Below, in pieces: positions 31,775 through 40,751 of a DNA stretch of 64,000 nt. The DNA is taken from contig CAVVGU010000002.1 in assembly GCA_963747875.1 (NCBI GenBank), positions 70,829 through 134,828 of the forward strand. Direction: 5' to 3'. How positions within the stretch are numbered: the stretch's first letter is position 1; each line of letters opens with the position of its first letter. The notes beneath the pieces are model-generated. The model made no database searches, had not been told where the DNA came from, and worked only from the letters and a program-made list of their open reading frames with translations. The position numbers and the translations under genes were made by a program. The stretch is from an uncultured Solirubrobacterales bacterium (GTDB taxonomy: Bacteria; Actinomycetota; Thermoleophilia; Solirubrobacterales; Solirubrobacteraceae).

Positions 31775-34645
31775 TCACCCTCTCCGCTTCCCATCGCGAG
31801 CACTGGCCTTCCTGCCCCTCTTGCGCTTGTGCGTGGCCCTCTTCGCCTTGGCCTTGTGCTTGGGGCAGCCCGTGACCGCGATCTTCATGCTCTGGCGGAT
31901 CTCCGCGCCGTTCTGCGCGAGGAATTCCGTCGGCATCGACAACGCCTTGCCGGTGCAGAGGTTGCGGTTCGCCGCGAGTGCGGAGAACGGCCCCTGGGGC
32001 AGCGTCAATTCGAACGTGCCGACCGGGACGTCCGGGACGGTCTTGAACGTGCTGCTCGTAATCCCCGTCTTTTCGTCGATGAACGTCGATCCGACGAGGT
32101 CGACGGTGATGCCGTAGCCCTGCAGCACAATGATCAGGCTCGGGAACGCTTCCCCGCCGTGGGAGACGAAGTACGCCGGCCCCGTGAGCGGCACCGGCAC
32201 GATCGGCGTGCTCGCGACCGCGTGCCCGACGATCGACTCCGCGGGGCAGTCCGCCGGGTTCGCTTCGAACGTCGCCGCGACGCACGCCTTGCGCAGCGTC
32301 GTCAACCGCGAGGGCAGCGCCTTGGGGAGTTCGACTTTGACCTTCGCGATGTTCGCCTGGGTGCCGAGCACGCCCGGAACGGTGAGCTTCACGCTGAGGC
32401 TCGCCCCGTTCGCTCTACTCGTCTTCCCCGCCGTGGAGACCTTGAACCCGGGTTTGAACGCGAGGCTCGAGCAGTCCGCGGCCTGAAACGGCGCAGTCGC
32501 ACCAACCGGAACCTGGTCGGCGGGGTTCGCGGGGTCCGCGCCGGCGCCGCTGATCGTCTCGGAGATCGACATCGGGTCACAGTTCGTGGGGTTCAGAATG
32601 AACTTTTCGCGGTCCACGTACACCCGGATTTCGCGGACATGCACGACGATCCCGTCGATGATGTGCGGGATCGGATCCGAGCCGTTCGCGCTGACTTCGA
32701 CCTGCGCGGTGCTCGGGTTGATGTGCAGCGCGAAGCGAATCACGACGGTCCCCAGATCGAACGGGCCGACCTTCGCGCTCGTGACCGACACAAGCGACAG
32801 CGCCGAGCCGTTGTAGGGCCCGGCGAGGTAAAGCTTGCCGGGAGTCTGCGCGAGCACCGTGCCGACGCCGGCGCTGACGATCGTGTGTCCGATTTCGCTC
32901 GCGGCGGGACACGAGGGGTTTTCGATCTCCTGCTGGCCGGTAGCCGTGCGGGCGGCTTCGATGTCCGCCTCGGAGCAGAACGGGATCCCCGAGAGGTTCC
33001 CCGACAGACCCGGCGGCAGCACAGTCGTGAACCGCGTGATCTCCTGTTCACCGTCCTGGCGCAGGATCCGCAGGTAGAGCGGGCTGTAGGAGCCGGCATC
33101 GTTGTTCTGCGTCCCCGAAATCACCTGCGGATCGAACGGCGGGACGCCGCCCGCGGGGCAGGATCCTTCATGCACACCCTGCGTCACTTCGAAGGCGCTC
33201 TGCACCAGCCGTGGTTCGGTCGGCGCGGACCACGGCGTCAGTGCCGCCAGCGTCGTGTACGTCCCGCACGCCGGCGGGGAGACCAGCGGCGCGGTCGCAC
33301 CCGGACGGAACTTCAGGGTGAAGCGGCTGAACGGCTGTTGGGGATTGTCGTCGAACGTAGTCGTGAGCTGTCCGGTAACCGGGTTCGGTTCGATCTTGCC
33401 GGCGACTTTGACGAGGATCCCGCGCGCGGGATCCTTCGCGACGACATACAGCACGAGCAGAGAATCGAAGGGGTTCTCGTAGGGCTTGGCGACGTAGATC
33501 GCCCCAGGGATCTTTTCCGCGAGGACCGGCGTTTCGATTTCGATCGAGCCGATCTTCGATTCCGCCGGGCACCCTTCGCCGGGCAGCGAGGAACTCGTTT
33601 CCGCGGCGTACTGTGCCGGCGTGCAGGCCGCCAGCCCCGAACCCGCCGACGGATTGACCGTGACGCCTTCCGGCAATGTCACTGTCGCGTCCTTCAGGTT
33701 CGCCGTCGCGAGCGTTTCTGGATTTTCCCAGGTCTGCGAGACCACCAGCGAGACATCCATCCCGGTGGGAGATTCCGCGGAGCGCGTCGAGGGCTGCACT
33801 TCGATCGCGGGGTCGAAGTGCAACCGTTCGCAGCCCGCGATCGGGCCCGTTTCGCTCTCGCCTTCGCTCCATGCTTCCGGCGTCTCCCACGAGTCGGCCT
33901 CCATCGTCGGGGTGAACACGCCGCAGCTCGTCGGGTTCGACAGGAACGGCTTCACCGGGACGGTGACCTGCTCATCGCCCAGGATGCACTCTTCCCTGCC
34001 GCTCCCGACGACTTCTTCGCAGATACGGCCACGCTGAGCGTCGTGCGCCGGGGAGTCCGGGACACCCCATACGGTGACCGACACGGCGTGTGGTTCGGCG
34101 GCTTTTTCGACTGGGCTCGCGATGCTCAGGCCCTCATCGCCGGGGCGGACGTGCACGATCAGAGTCCCGGTGATCAGAAACTTGTAGCCGAGCTCCGCCG
34201 TCACTCCGAAGCTCGTCGTTTCCAAGTTGAAGAGCGGAGTCGTCGCCTTCAGCAACTCGCCCGACGGCGCCGTCAGCGTGAACGTGATCTGGCCGACCTG
34301 GCTCGCCGGCGGGCATTCCGGTTCTGTGACGGTCGTGCCGAGCAGTTCCGCCTCCGTGCAGGTCGGCACGGCCGTGTTGTTCGCCGTGAACCCGGCGGGC
34401 AGGTTGACCACCACTTCTCGCAGATCGTCGTTCGTCTGCCCCCTGGCGTTGTGGGCTAAGTCGAACTCAGTCGTGAGGTCCTCGTGCGCACCGGCCTGCG
34501 CGGTCGAGGAGAGCACGTGAAAGCTGCCGGGGATCACTTCGAAGGGCTCTTCAGGTGTGGGCTTGGCCCAGGCCCCGGCCGGCCACGGACCGCCCACCGC
34601 CACGCACACACCGACCACGAACAGCGCAATTGATCTGAGTCTCAT
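31775..34645 (-). CDS. type A4: large secreted Cys-motif repeat protein with polybasic tail
   Basis: The start is set at ATG 34645 (MRLRSIALFVVGVCVAVGGPWPAGAWA), overlapping the B4 stop as ATGA 34642-34645. PFEVIPGSFHV matches the A1 pattern. The protein ends VTGCPKHKAKAKRATHKRKRGRKASARDGKRRG. The track ORF extension to 35419 is an out-of-frame read through the 3' end of B4. Confidence 0.85.
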   Translation of the reverse strand: MRLRSIALFVVGVCVAVGGPWPAGAWAKPTPEEPFEVIPGSFHVLSSTAQAGAHEDLTTEFDLAHNARGQTNDDLREVVVNLPAGFTANNTAVPTCTEAELLGTTVTEPECPPASQVGQITFTLTAPSGELLKATTPLFNLETTSFGVTAELGYKFLITGTLIVHVRPGDEGLSIASPVEKAAEPHAVSVTVWGVPDSPAHDAQRGRICEEVVGSGREECILGDEQVTVPVKPFLSNPTSCGVFTPTMEADSWETPEAWSEGESETGPIAGCERLHFDPAIEVQPSTRSAESPTGMDVSLVVSQTWENPETLATANLKDATVTLPEGVTVNPSAGSGLAACTPAQYAAETSSSLPGEGCPAESKIGSIEIETPVLAEKIPGAIYVAKPYENPFDSLLVLYVVAKDPARGILVKVAGKIEPNPVTGQLTTTFDDNPQQPFSRFTLKFRPGATAPLVSPPACGTYTTLAALTPWSAPTEPRLVQSAFEVTQGVHEGSCPAGGVPPFDPQVISGTQNNDAGSYSPLYLRILRQDGEQEITRFTTVLPPGLSGNLSGIPFCSEADIEAARTATGQQEIENPSCPAASEIGHTIVSAGVGTVLAQTPGKLYLAGPYNGSALSLVSVTSAKVGPFDLGTVVIRFALHINPSTAQVEVSANGSDPIPHIIDGIVVHVREIRVYVDREKFILNPTNCDPMSISETISGAGADPANPADQVPVGATAPFQAADCSSLAFKPGFKVSTAGKTSRANGASLSVKLTVPGVLGTQANIAKVKVELPKALPSRLTTLRKACVAATFEANPADCPAESIVGHAVASTPIVPVPLTGPAYFVSHGGEAFPSLIIVLQGYGITVDLVGSTFIDEKTGITSSTFKTVPDVPVGTFELTLPQGPFSALAANRNLCTGKALSMPTEFLAQNGAEIRQSMKIAVTGCPKHKAKAKRATHKRKRGRKASARDGKRRG

Positions 34646-37600
34646 CGCCCGCTCCTTCCCGAACCGACACCTCGCCGCCCTGCGGCGGCCCGCACCGCAC
34701 CATTCGCTCCGCGGCCTGCCGGCGCTTTGCGTCGTCGCGCCCTGCGCCCCCGCTTCGCTCTCGGCCGTTTCGATTTGGGCCTGTGCTTCACCTTCTTCGT
34801 CTTTGCCGCTCTCGGCGCTGCCAGCGCGGGCGATGTGAGATCGCCCGCACCGGAGAACGTGAAGCTCGCGGGCGTCGCGTCGACCGGCGGGCTCGCCGGC
34901 GTCGAGCATGCATCCCCTTCGCATTCGACCGGACGCGCCGCTTCCGGGAACCCGCCGTCGATCCGCACGTCGTAGATATCGCCCGCGCTGTCTTGATCGG
35001 AGGGCACGAGCTGGGAGTCCGTCTCGATGAACACGTCCCGACCCGACGCGTCTGTCCCCAGCAGCAGGTTCGCGACGCCGCCGGTGCCGGGCGTGATCAG
35101 GCTCAGGCAGCCCTCGACGCGGGTGCACCCGTCGAGCCCGGCGCGCCGCCACTCGTAGATATCGCTCGACAGCGAGACGGTGGTGCTGTTGTGTTTTCCC
35201 GTCCCCCCAAGACTCGATTCGGGTTCGATTTCGCCGTCGACGTCTTCGGGCACGAGCGCCGCCGGTGTCGTGAAGAACACGTAGTCGCCGCCCGCGGAGA
35301 CGAATTTCGTCCGTGGGAGACCGTCGATCGCCGGCTCGATTCCCCCAAACCCGTCGGGTTCGGGGAACGTGGCCAGCAGCCGCGGTTCCGGGTCGAACGG
35401 CGACGCGCACGAGATGCACTCCAGCGCTTTTTCGACGCTGTCGTACCGCAGGATCTGCGGCACCAGATCCTGCTTGGTCCCGAAGACAGCGGCGAAGTTC
35501 GCCACCGGGCTGATGTAGTTCAACGCGTTCCAGTTGAGGTAGGGAGTGAGTTCCGCCGGGACGCCGTAGGAGTAGCGTCTGGCGATCCCGACCTGTTCCT
35601 CCGCGATTGCCACCTCGGCTTCGGAGGCGAGGCGAGCTACGGCTCCCCGTTGCGGTTCATAGAGGAAATCTCCGTCGGTACTGTCTTGCACCAGCACCTT
35701 AGAGCCGGCGCTGTCCGCGGCGACGAACTTGTACGCGCCGATATCGACCGTTTCCGCACCGTTCACCCGCATGAAGAGGTGCGAGGCCCCACCGCAGCTT
35801 TCCCCGGGGACCGCTTCGAAGAAGACACGCGACCCATCCGCGGAGACAGCATGATGATCGTACTCTTCGCGGCCGCCTTCTCCGTCGATGCTGTAGAAAT
35901 TTCGGACTGCCTGGCCTTCGGGAAGCACCGCACCGCACCGCCCGACGCCGACGTTGACCTGCCGCAGCTGCCCCCCCGAGTATTCATAGAGATCAAAGCC
36001 GCTCACGGTACTCGTCTGCGGCTCGACGAGCCTGCGATCTTCGACCATCAGGATCAGCTTGGAGAAATCTTCGGAGGCGCCGACCCAGCCTCCATCTTGA
36101 CCCAACTCGTTGCGCGGGACGACCGCGACGGTCGCATACGGCCCTCCGGCGGGACCGACCCTGAATTCGATGTTCGCCGACTGGCCGCCCTGGGCCTGGT
36201 TGAGGTTCACTTCCGAGCGCAGCCCGAACTGCGTGAGATCTGGGCTGTACACTTCGGGAAGGTATCTGCTGACACCCGCTTCGGGCTCCGGCGTACCGGG
36301 AGTCAGCTGCCAGCCGGAGGAGCCACGAGCGAAGAAGTACGGCGCCTGACCGGTAAGGCCCCAGTTCGTAAACGGCGCCTGCTCCATCACGTGTTCGCCG
36401 TCTTCTCCGATCATCGCACCGCCGTTCGTGCTGGTGCCGTACGAGAAGAGTTCCTCGGCGCCGCGCTTCTGCGTCGGTGTGATCTGCTCGTACGCCCGGC
36501 AATCCGGCAGGTGACTGGAGAGGCTGCCGCGGAAGCGTCCGTTGGGGCACGGTTGCGCGGGCGCCGCGGGCGCCACCACAGGCACCCTCAGGCTCTCAGC
36601 TTCGCCGTAGGCGACATGCTGCCCGCCGCTTTCGCCTTCGCCGGTCGCTACCGCGCGGAAGCGGTATTCCACCCCCGGCTGCAGGCTGGGCAGATCCGCG
36701 CCGACGACGCACGGGCTCCCCTGGCATTTGGAGGGCGCGAGCTCAGGGGTGACCGACGCCCCCGCGAACCCTTTGGCCGCGAAGCGTTCGGCGGTGACGT
36801 ATTCGAAGTGGTAGTCGGTCGGACGGCCGTGGCTGTAGATCAGGCCGAGGGCCCGCATCGCTTCCCCATCGACGACGTGCGTCGCGAATGTGCTCGCACT
36901 CGGCGGGCCCTCCGTTTCAAAGGAGCGGATGCCCGTGGCGGTGCCTTCGGGCCTGGAGGGGCCAAACACATTTTCAGCGCTCGTCCGGAAGTAGTAGACG
37001 GAGTCGGGACTCAGCCCGGTGATCTCAGCGAGCGGAAAATGATGGCGTTCGTCGGCTTCCGCGGCCGCAATCACGCCTTCAGAGCCCGGGACCACCGTCC
37101 ACGGGCCGCCTTCGGACCGCGCGACTTCGAAGCGATAGTGCGTTTCACTGCTGTGCGGCGCGATGTTCCCCAAGAGACGCGCAGATGTTTCCGTAACCGC
37201 TTCGGTTTTATCGCCGCTGGCGAAGGGGTAGAGTGGTGCGGTTGTGAATGAAAGCGGTTCTGTGCTGAATTCGCCCTGTTCGTTCCTGGTAAGGATGCGG
37301 ATATAGTATTGCCGTTCAGGAGCGAGACCGGTTATATGCGCGGCGACTCGAACGGAATCTTCGACTGCAGTGACTACGCCTTCGGCCCCATGCACGGGCG
37401 TCCATGGGCCACCTGCCGATTCAGCCGTTTCGAAGACATAGTGGGTTTCAGCCCCGTTGGTCTGAATACCTGGTGTTGGGCCGCCGGTTTCGAAGTCCGC
37501 ATAGTCGGTCCCGATCGCGTTATCTTCTCCGCTCAGCCTAACGCCGCCGGGGACTTCGGGCGCTGCCACAGGGTGTGTGGTGAATTGGAGATTTGCTTCG

Positions 37601-37989
37601 GCGAAGCCCTTCGACCCCTGGGCCTGGATGCGGGCGAAGTAGTGGGTGTCGGGGACGAGATGCTGAATCAAGACGGCACCAGGTGATTCTCCACAGCAAT
37701 TCAGCCCGTGGGCCACGAGCACGCCCGTTCCGTTGTCGAGGGCAGCTTCGGTGGTGGCGTATTCCACCTTCCAGGTTGTGGCCGGAGGTGCCCCTTCCTC
37801 GCCGTAAGCGATCTCATTGGTGGCGAGGATGACCCGGGTGGAGAAGGGCCCTTCCGCAACTGCGAAGCCCCTGACTTCAAGTGAAGCGGCGGCCGCTGTC
37901 GCAGCGCCGCAGGCAAGACAGAGTAACAGCACGATCGGAAGAGTCATCGACGGTTTCTGAGCACTGCGTTTGATGCTGTTCACTGTCAT
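34642..37989 (-). CDS. type B4: secreted Fn3-like repeats plus PD40-like beta-propeller protein with polybasic tail
   Basis: The start is set at ATG 37989 (MTVNSIKRSAQKPSMTLPIVLLLCLACGAATAAAA). Fn3-like units carry THYFARIQA, RQYYIRILT and SVYYFRTSA. CPNGRFRGSLSSHLPDCRAYEQITP follows, then propeller blades. The C-terminus is ECEGDAC...FTFSGAGDL plus a K/R tail of about 50 aa. Confidence 0.85.
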   Translation of the reverse strand: MTVNSIKRSAQKPSMTLPIVLLLCLACGAATAAAASLEVRGFAVAEGPFSTRVILATNEIAYGEEGAPPATTWKVEYATTEAALDNGTGVLVAHGLNCCGESPGAVLIQHLVPDTHYFARIQAQGSKGFAEANLQFTTHPVAAPEVPGGVRLSGEDNAIGTDYADFETGGPTPGIQTNGAETHYVFETAESAGGPWTPVHGAEGVVTAVEDSVRVAAHITGLAPERQYYIRILTRNEQGEFSTEPLSFTTAPLYPFASGDKTEAVTETSARLLGNIAPHSSETHYRFEVARSEGGPWTVVPGSEGVIAAAEADERHHFPLAEITGLSPDSVYYFRTSAENVFGPSRPEGTATGIRSFETEGPPSASTFATHVVDGEAMRALGLIYSHGRPTDYHFEYVTAERFAAKGFAGASVTPELAPSKCQGSPCVVGADLPSLQPGVEYRFRAVATGEGESGGQHVAYGEAESLRVPVVAPAAPAQPCPNGRFRGSLSSHLPDCRAYEQITPTQKRGAEELFSYGTSTNGGAMIGEDGEHVMEQAPFTNWGLTGQAPYFFARGSSGWQLTPGTPEPEAGVSRYLPEVYSPDLTQFGLRSEVNLNQAQGGQSANIEFRVGPAGGPYATVAVVPRNELGQDGGWVGASEDFSKLILMVEDRRLVEPQTSTVSGFDLYEYSGGQLRQVNVGVGRCGAVLPEGQAVRNFYSIDGEGGREEYDHHAVSADGSRVFFEAVPGESCGGASHLFMRVNGAETVDIGAYKFVAADSAGSKVLVQDSTDGDFLYEPQRGAVARLASEAEVAIAEEQVGIARRYSYGVPAELTPYLNWNALNYISPVANFAAVFGTKQDLVPQILRYDSVEKALECISCASPFDPEPRLLATFPEPDGFGGIEPAIDGLPRTKFVSAGGDYVFFTTPAALVPEDVDGEIEPESSLGGTGKHNSTTVSLSSDIYEWRRAGLDGCTRVEGCLSLITPGTGGVANLLLGTDASGRDVFIETDSQLVPSDQDSAGDIYDVRIDGGFPEAARPVECEGDACSTPASPPVDATPASFTFSGAGDLTSPALAAPRAAKTKKVKHRPKSKRPRAKRGRRARRRKAPAGRGANGAVRAAAGRRGVGSGRSGR

Positions 37990-38144
37990 GCCTTTCCTAT
38001 CTCGGGTGGAGCACTGCCTCGATCCTCGCTGTGGCACCGGCCTCATCCTCGGATGTGGCGCTAGTCATCCTTGGTATCGCCGTCGCCGGGCTCCCCGAAG
38101 GCGCAGCTGTGGGCCTCGGGGAGCCGCATGTGCAGGCGTGGGGT

Positions 38145-38864
38145 TTATTCAGCGGTCACCGCCCAGGTACCATACGCGAGGCCGCCGCTTTCTTCAAAAG
38201 GTGATAGGAGCCCGGCCCCGGTCGTGCCAGCGCCCAATTCGCCACCCAACAGCGGCGGCTCCGCATTGGGTGAGAAGATCTCGAACGCTTCCTTGAGGCC
38301 GCTCGCGAGCTTGGCGTACACACAGAGATTCCCTTCCTCGGCCTGCGGTTCGGCAACACTGCCCGGACACGCCGCCGGCGGAGCGGCGGCCCCGGGTTCG
38401 ACGTAGTGCACCTGCGGGGCGCCCAGCGCTTCGGCGAGCGGGATGTCGAAGGAGATCGCGGCCATCCCGAAGGGGTCCTTTTCAGAGGCCCGCATGATCC
38501 ACGCGCCCGTCTCGGTGGCCCCCTTGGGCAGGGTCTTGGTGAAGCCCGTCGTGCCGTTTTTGCCGTTTTCTCCGTTTTTGCCCGCTGGCCCCTGTGGGCC
38601 CACGGCGCCGGTTTCGCCCTTCCCACCGGCCGGTCCCTGCGGACCAGCGGGACCAGCGGGCCCCGCCGGACCCTGGGCGCCGCCCGTCCCCGCCTTGCCC
38701 TTCAGCTGCGCGAGCACGCTCGGCTTGATCTGCTTCGTCGAGGTGATCACGTACCGGCTCGCGGCATACGCCCCTCCGCTCATTGCGAACACCAGCGCAA
38801 GCGTGGCGATCACCGTCGCGGGACTAACATGGACGCGCCTACGTATCCCTGAGAACATCAGCAC
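38145..38864 (-). CDS. type C2: secreted collagen-like (GXY repeat) protein
   Basis: The N-terminus matches C1 ([10 protein letters not shown]..., [18 protein letters not shown]). About 18 G-X-Y triplets ([54 protein letters not shown]) are encoded at about 38538-38699. The C-terminal domain is paralogous to that of C1. Confidence 0.85.
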   Translation of the reverse strand: MLMFSGIRRRVHVSPATVIATLALVFAMSGGAYAASRYVITSTKQIKPSVLAQLKGKAGTGGAQGPAGPAGPAGPQGPAGGKGETGAVGPQGPAGKNGENGKNGTTGFTKTLPKGATETGAWIMRASEKDPFGMAAISFDIPLAEALGAPQVHYVEPGAAAPPAACPGSVAEPQAEEGNLCVYAKLASGLKEAFEIFSPNAEPPLLGGELGAGTTGAGLLSPFEESGGLAYGTWAVTAE

Positions 38865-39022
38865 AGAACCTCCTCGACGGTCGTGTTGAAGACATAAGGC
38901 CGCCCTCCCCCCAGGGAGGCCGGCGAATACCCGCCCGCGCGCGGGCAGCAGAAGACCGCCGCGGGCACGCGCCCCGCGACGGTCGCAGAAAAGGGAGCCT
39001 CAGCGGTTAGCCAAGGCACACA

Positions 39023-39044
39023 AGAGAGAGAGAGAGAGAGAGAG
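39023..39044. repeat. (AG)11 / (CT)11 microsatellite in leader copy 3
   Basis: Counted directly as 11 AG units. Confidence 0.9.
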
Positions 39045-39280
39045 ATGCGGCAGGCTGCTGCCGCATCTAGCTACGCCCCCCTGATGGGGCGCGAGAACTC
39101 TCATCACGTCTGTCCCTCCAGAACTCACGCGTAAACAACTCCCTCGAGCAATTCGACCCAGGCTCCCTCTCCCAAGGGCTCCCATTTAGCGCTTCAGCGG
39201 GCCGGCCAAGAGGGCTCGGACCCAAACCTGATCTATGTTGAAAAACACCCGGCGACCCAAAAGACCACCGTGTGTTGCCC

Positions 39281-39310
39281 ATCATATACACGTTCGTAGG
39301 CCCGCGTCAA
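39281..39310 (-). promoter_or_regulatory. near-consensus promoter TTGACG-18 nt-TATGAT (minus strand), copy 3
   Basis: On the plus strand, atcata lies at 39281-39286 and cgtcaa at 39305-39310. Confidence 0.5.
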
Positions 39311-39357
39311 GCCCCCTGCGGGAACGGACTCCGGGGAATGGGCTCCGGAGGCCGGCC

Positions 39358-39390
39358 GAGCGTCCCGTCCCAAGCGGCGCGTAGCTTGGC
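39358..39390. repeat. left copy of a ~30-nt imperfect direct repeat bracketing the TA-SDR module
   Basis: GAGCGTCCCGTCCCAAGCGGCGCGTAGCTTGG here matches GAGCGTACCGTCCCAAGTCCGGCGTAGCCTGA at 40752-40785. Confidence 0.7.
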
Positions 39391-39405
39391 CTGCGTGCCC
39401 CCAAC

Positions 39406-39744
39406 ATGTACCGAGAAACCCGCATGAGCCGCCGTAGCGCAGAGCGCCCGGTGGCGATCCACGACCTGCTCGGCACCGAGACCGCGGCCGAGAAGCTCGA
39501 TGCGCGCGGGATCTCAGTCGAGGAAGCCCAGCAACTCATTGACAACCGCTACAGGATCCTTCCCAACAAGGGACGTGCCCGCCACGGGCGCCGCAAGCTC
39601 CGAGCGCGACGGCTGCTGATCGGCAACACCGACGGCGGGCGCACCCTCACCGTAGTCATTGAACGTACCAATGACCCCACCACCTGGCTGATCGTCACCG
39701 GATGGACCGCGACAGACAATCAGCGTAGAATCCTCGAGGACTGA
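39406..39744 (+). CDS. putative type II toxin, BrnT/DUF497-like (tentative)
   Basis: A small basic protein. The pattern ...RGISVEEAQQLI... LLIGNTDGGRTLTVVIERTNDPTTWLIVTGWTATDNQRR resembles the BrnT fold pattern (..IG....GR.L.VV......IIS.R.A...E). A small acidic ORF follows 4 nt downstream, giving the toxin-first order of brnTA. This is a weak, memory-based match. Confidence 0.4.
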   Translation: MYRETRMSRRSAERPVAIHDLLGTETAAEKLDARGISVEEAQQLIDNRYRILPNKGRARHGRRKLRARRLLIGNTDGGRTLTVVIERTNDPTTWLIVTGWTATDNQRRILED

Positions 39745-39747
39745 ACA

Positions 39748-39990
39748 ATGACCAAGGATCCCTGGACAGACCCAGACCCCCAGCCCGAGGACTTCGACGA
39801 CTTCTTCTCGTCGTTGGATCCGAGTGAGATTCAGGTAGTCGAGGCGGGTTCCGGCGCTAAGGTCACAATCGTCTCAGAGGCCACTGGCGAGGAAGCCAAG
39901 CGCCTGGAACGCCTCGCGCTCGAATCCGACCCTCCCCTCTACGACGTCCTCGCCGACCTCCGCCGCGCCGCGAAGCGCAACGCAGCCTAG
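39748..39990 (+). CDS. putative cognate antitoxin (small acidic protein)
   Basis: An 80-aa protein with an acidic N-terminus and a helical C-terminus (EEAKRLERLALESD...LADLRRAAKR), tightly coupled to the upstream ORF. The call rests on context only. Confidence 0.35.
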   Translation: MTKDPWTDPDPQPEDFDDFFSSLDPSEIQVVEAGSGAKVTIVSEATGEEAKRLERLALESDPPLYDVLADLRRAAKRNAA

Positions 39991-40694
39991 TGGCCACCAC
40001 ACCCTCACAGGAGCAGCCCGTCTTCCTGATCACCGGCGCCTCGACTGGGATCGGAGCGGCGACCGCGCGCCTCGCCGCGCAGGACGGTTACCGGCTGGTG
40101 CTGGCGGCTCGCTCTGAGAACCGTCTGCAGGAGCTCGCCGCCGAGCTGGGCGGCCCTGAGCGCGCGCTGGCCATCCCCTGCGACGTGACCGAGTGGGAGC
40201 AGCAGGAGCAGATGGTGACGCGGGCGCTGGGGGCCTTCGGGCGCATCGACGTGGCGTTCGCGAACGCCGGCTTCGGCGCGACGCGGGGCTTTCTCAACGA
40301 GACGCCCGAGCACTGGCGCGAGATGGTGCTCACCAATGTGTACGGGGCGGCGCTGACCCTGCGCGCCACGATCCCCGCGCTCACCGAGTCCCGCGGACAC
40401 CTGCTGCTGACCTCGAGCGTCGCCGGGCGTCGCGTGCTCCCCGGCTCGCTGTACTCGTGCACCAAGCACGCCGTCACCGCGATGGGCGAGGCCGTGCGCC
40501 AGGAGCTGCACGGCAGCGGCATCCGCGTCACCGTGATCGAGCCCGGCATGACCGACACCCCCTTCTTCGAGAACCGCCCCACCAACCCCCTCGAGGCCGA
40601 GGACATCGCCCGTGGTGTCCTCTACGCCGTCTCCCAGCCCGCGCACGTCAACGTCAACGAGATCCTGATCCGCCCCACCGCGCAGCAGGGGTGA
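39990..40694 (+). CDS. short-chain dehydrogenase/reductase (SDR)
   Basis: Contains TGASTGIG (the TGxxxGxG Rossmann motif), NAG, and the YxxxK region (YSCTKHAV). The GTG start shares base 39990 with the TAG stop of the upstream ORF. Confidence 0.85.
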   Translation: MATTPSQEQPVFLITGASTGIGAATARLAAQDGYRLVLAARSENRLQELAAELGGPERALAIPCDVTEWEQQEQMVTRALGAFGRIDVAFANAGFGATRGFLNETPEHWREMVLTNVYGAALTLRATIPALTESRGHLLLTSSVAGRRVLPGSLYSCTKHAVTAMGEAVRQELHGSGIRVTVIEPGMTDTPFFENRPTNPLEAEDIARGVLYAVSQPAHVNVNEILIRPTAQQG

Positions 40695-40751
40695 GCAGGT
40701 CCATCACCAGATCCGCCCGACGGCGCCGGGCCGTCGCGACCAGTCCGGGAC

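Larger units (their letters stand above)
5512..39315 (-). other. accessory island core: four tandem paralogous [C]-B-A-R cassettes (candidate cell-surface system)
   Basis: The same gene order recurs four times on the minus strand, with three near-identical leader repeats. See the individual features and findings. Confidence 0.8.
39000..39315 (-). repeat. leader/promoter repeat, copy 3
   Basis: Near-identical to copies 1 and 2 from TCAGCGG to the -35 box. The stretch down to the C2 start (38865-38999) is also homologous to 13706-13839. It contains (AG)11 and one 3-nt deletion relative to copies 1 and 2. Confidence 0.9.

Noticed and set aside
34646-35419. 5' extension of the A4 ORF (the track ORF 31775-35419 is 1214 aa)
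   Set aside because: The extension is Arg-rich nonsense read out of frame through the 3' end of B4. The paralogs and the signal peptide MRLRSIALFVV place the start at ATG 34645, in an ATGA overlap with the B4 stop.
5512-39315. Prophage, ICE or tailocin
   Set aside because: There is no integrase, terminase, portal, capsid, tail tube or sheath, relaxase or secretion ATPase. All the large proteins carry Sec signals and beta-propeller or repeat architectures.
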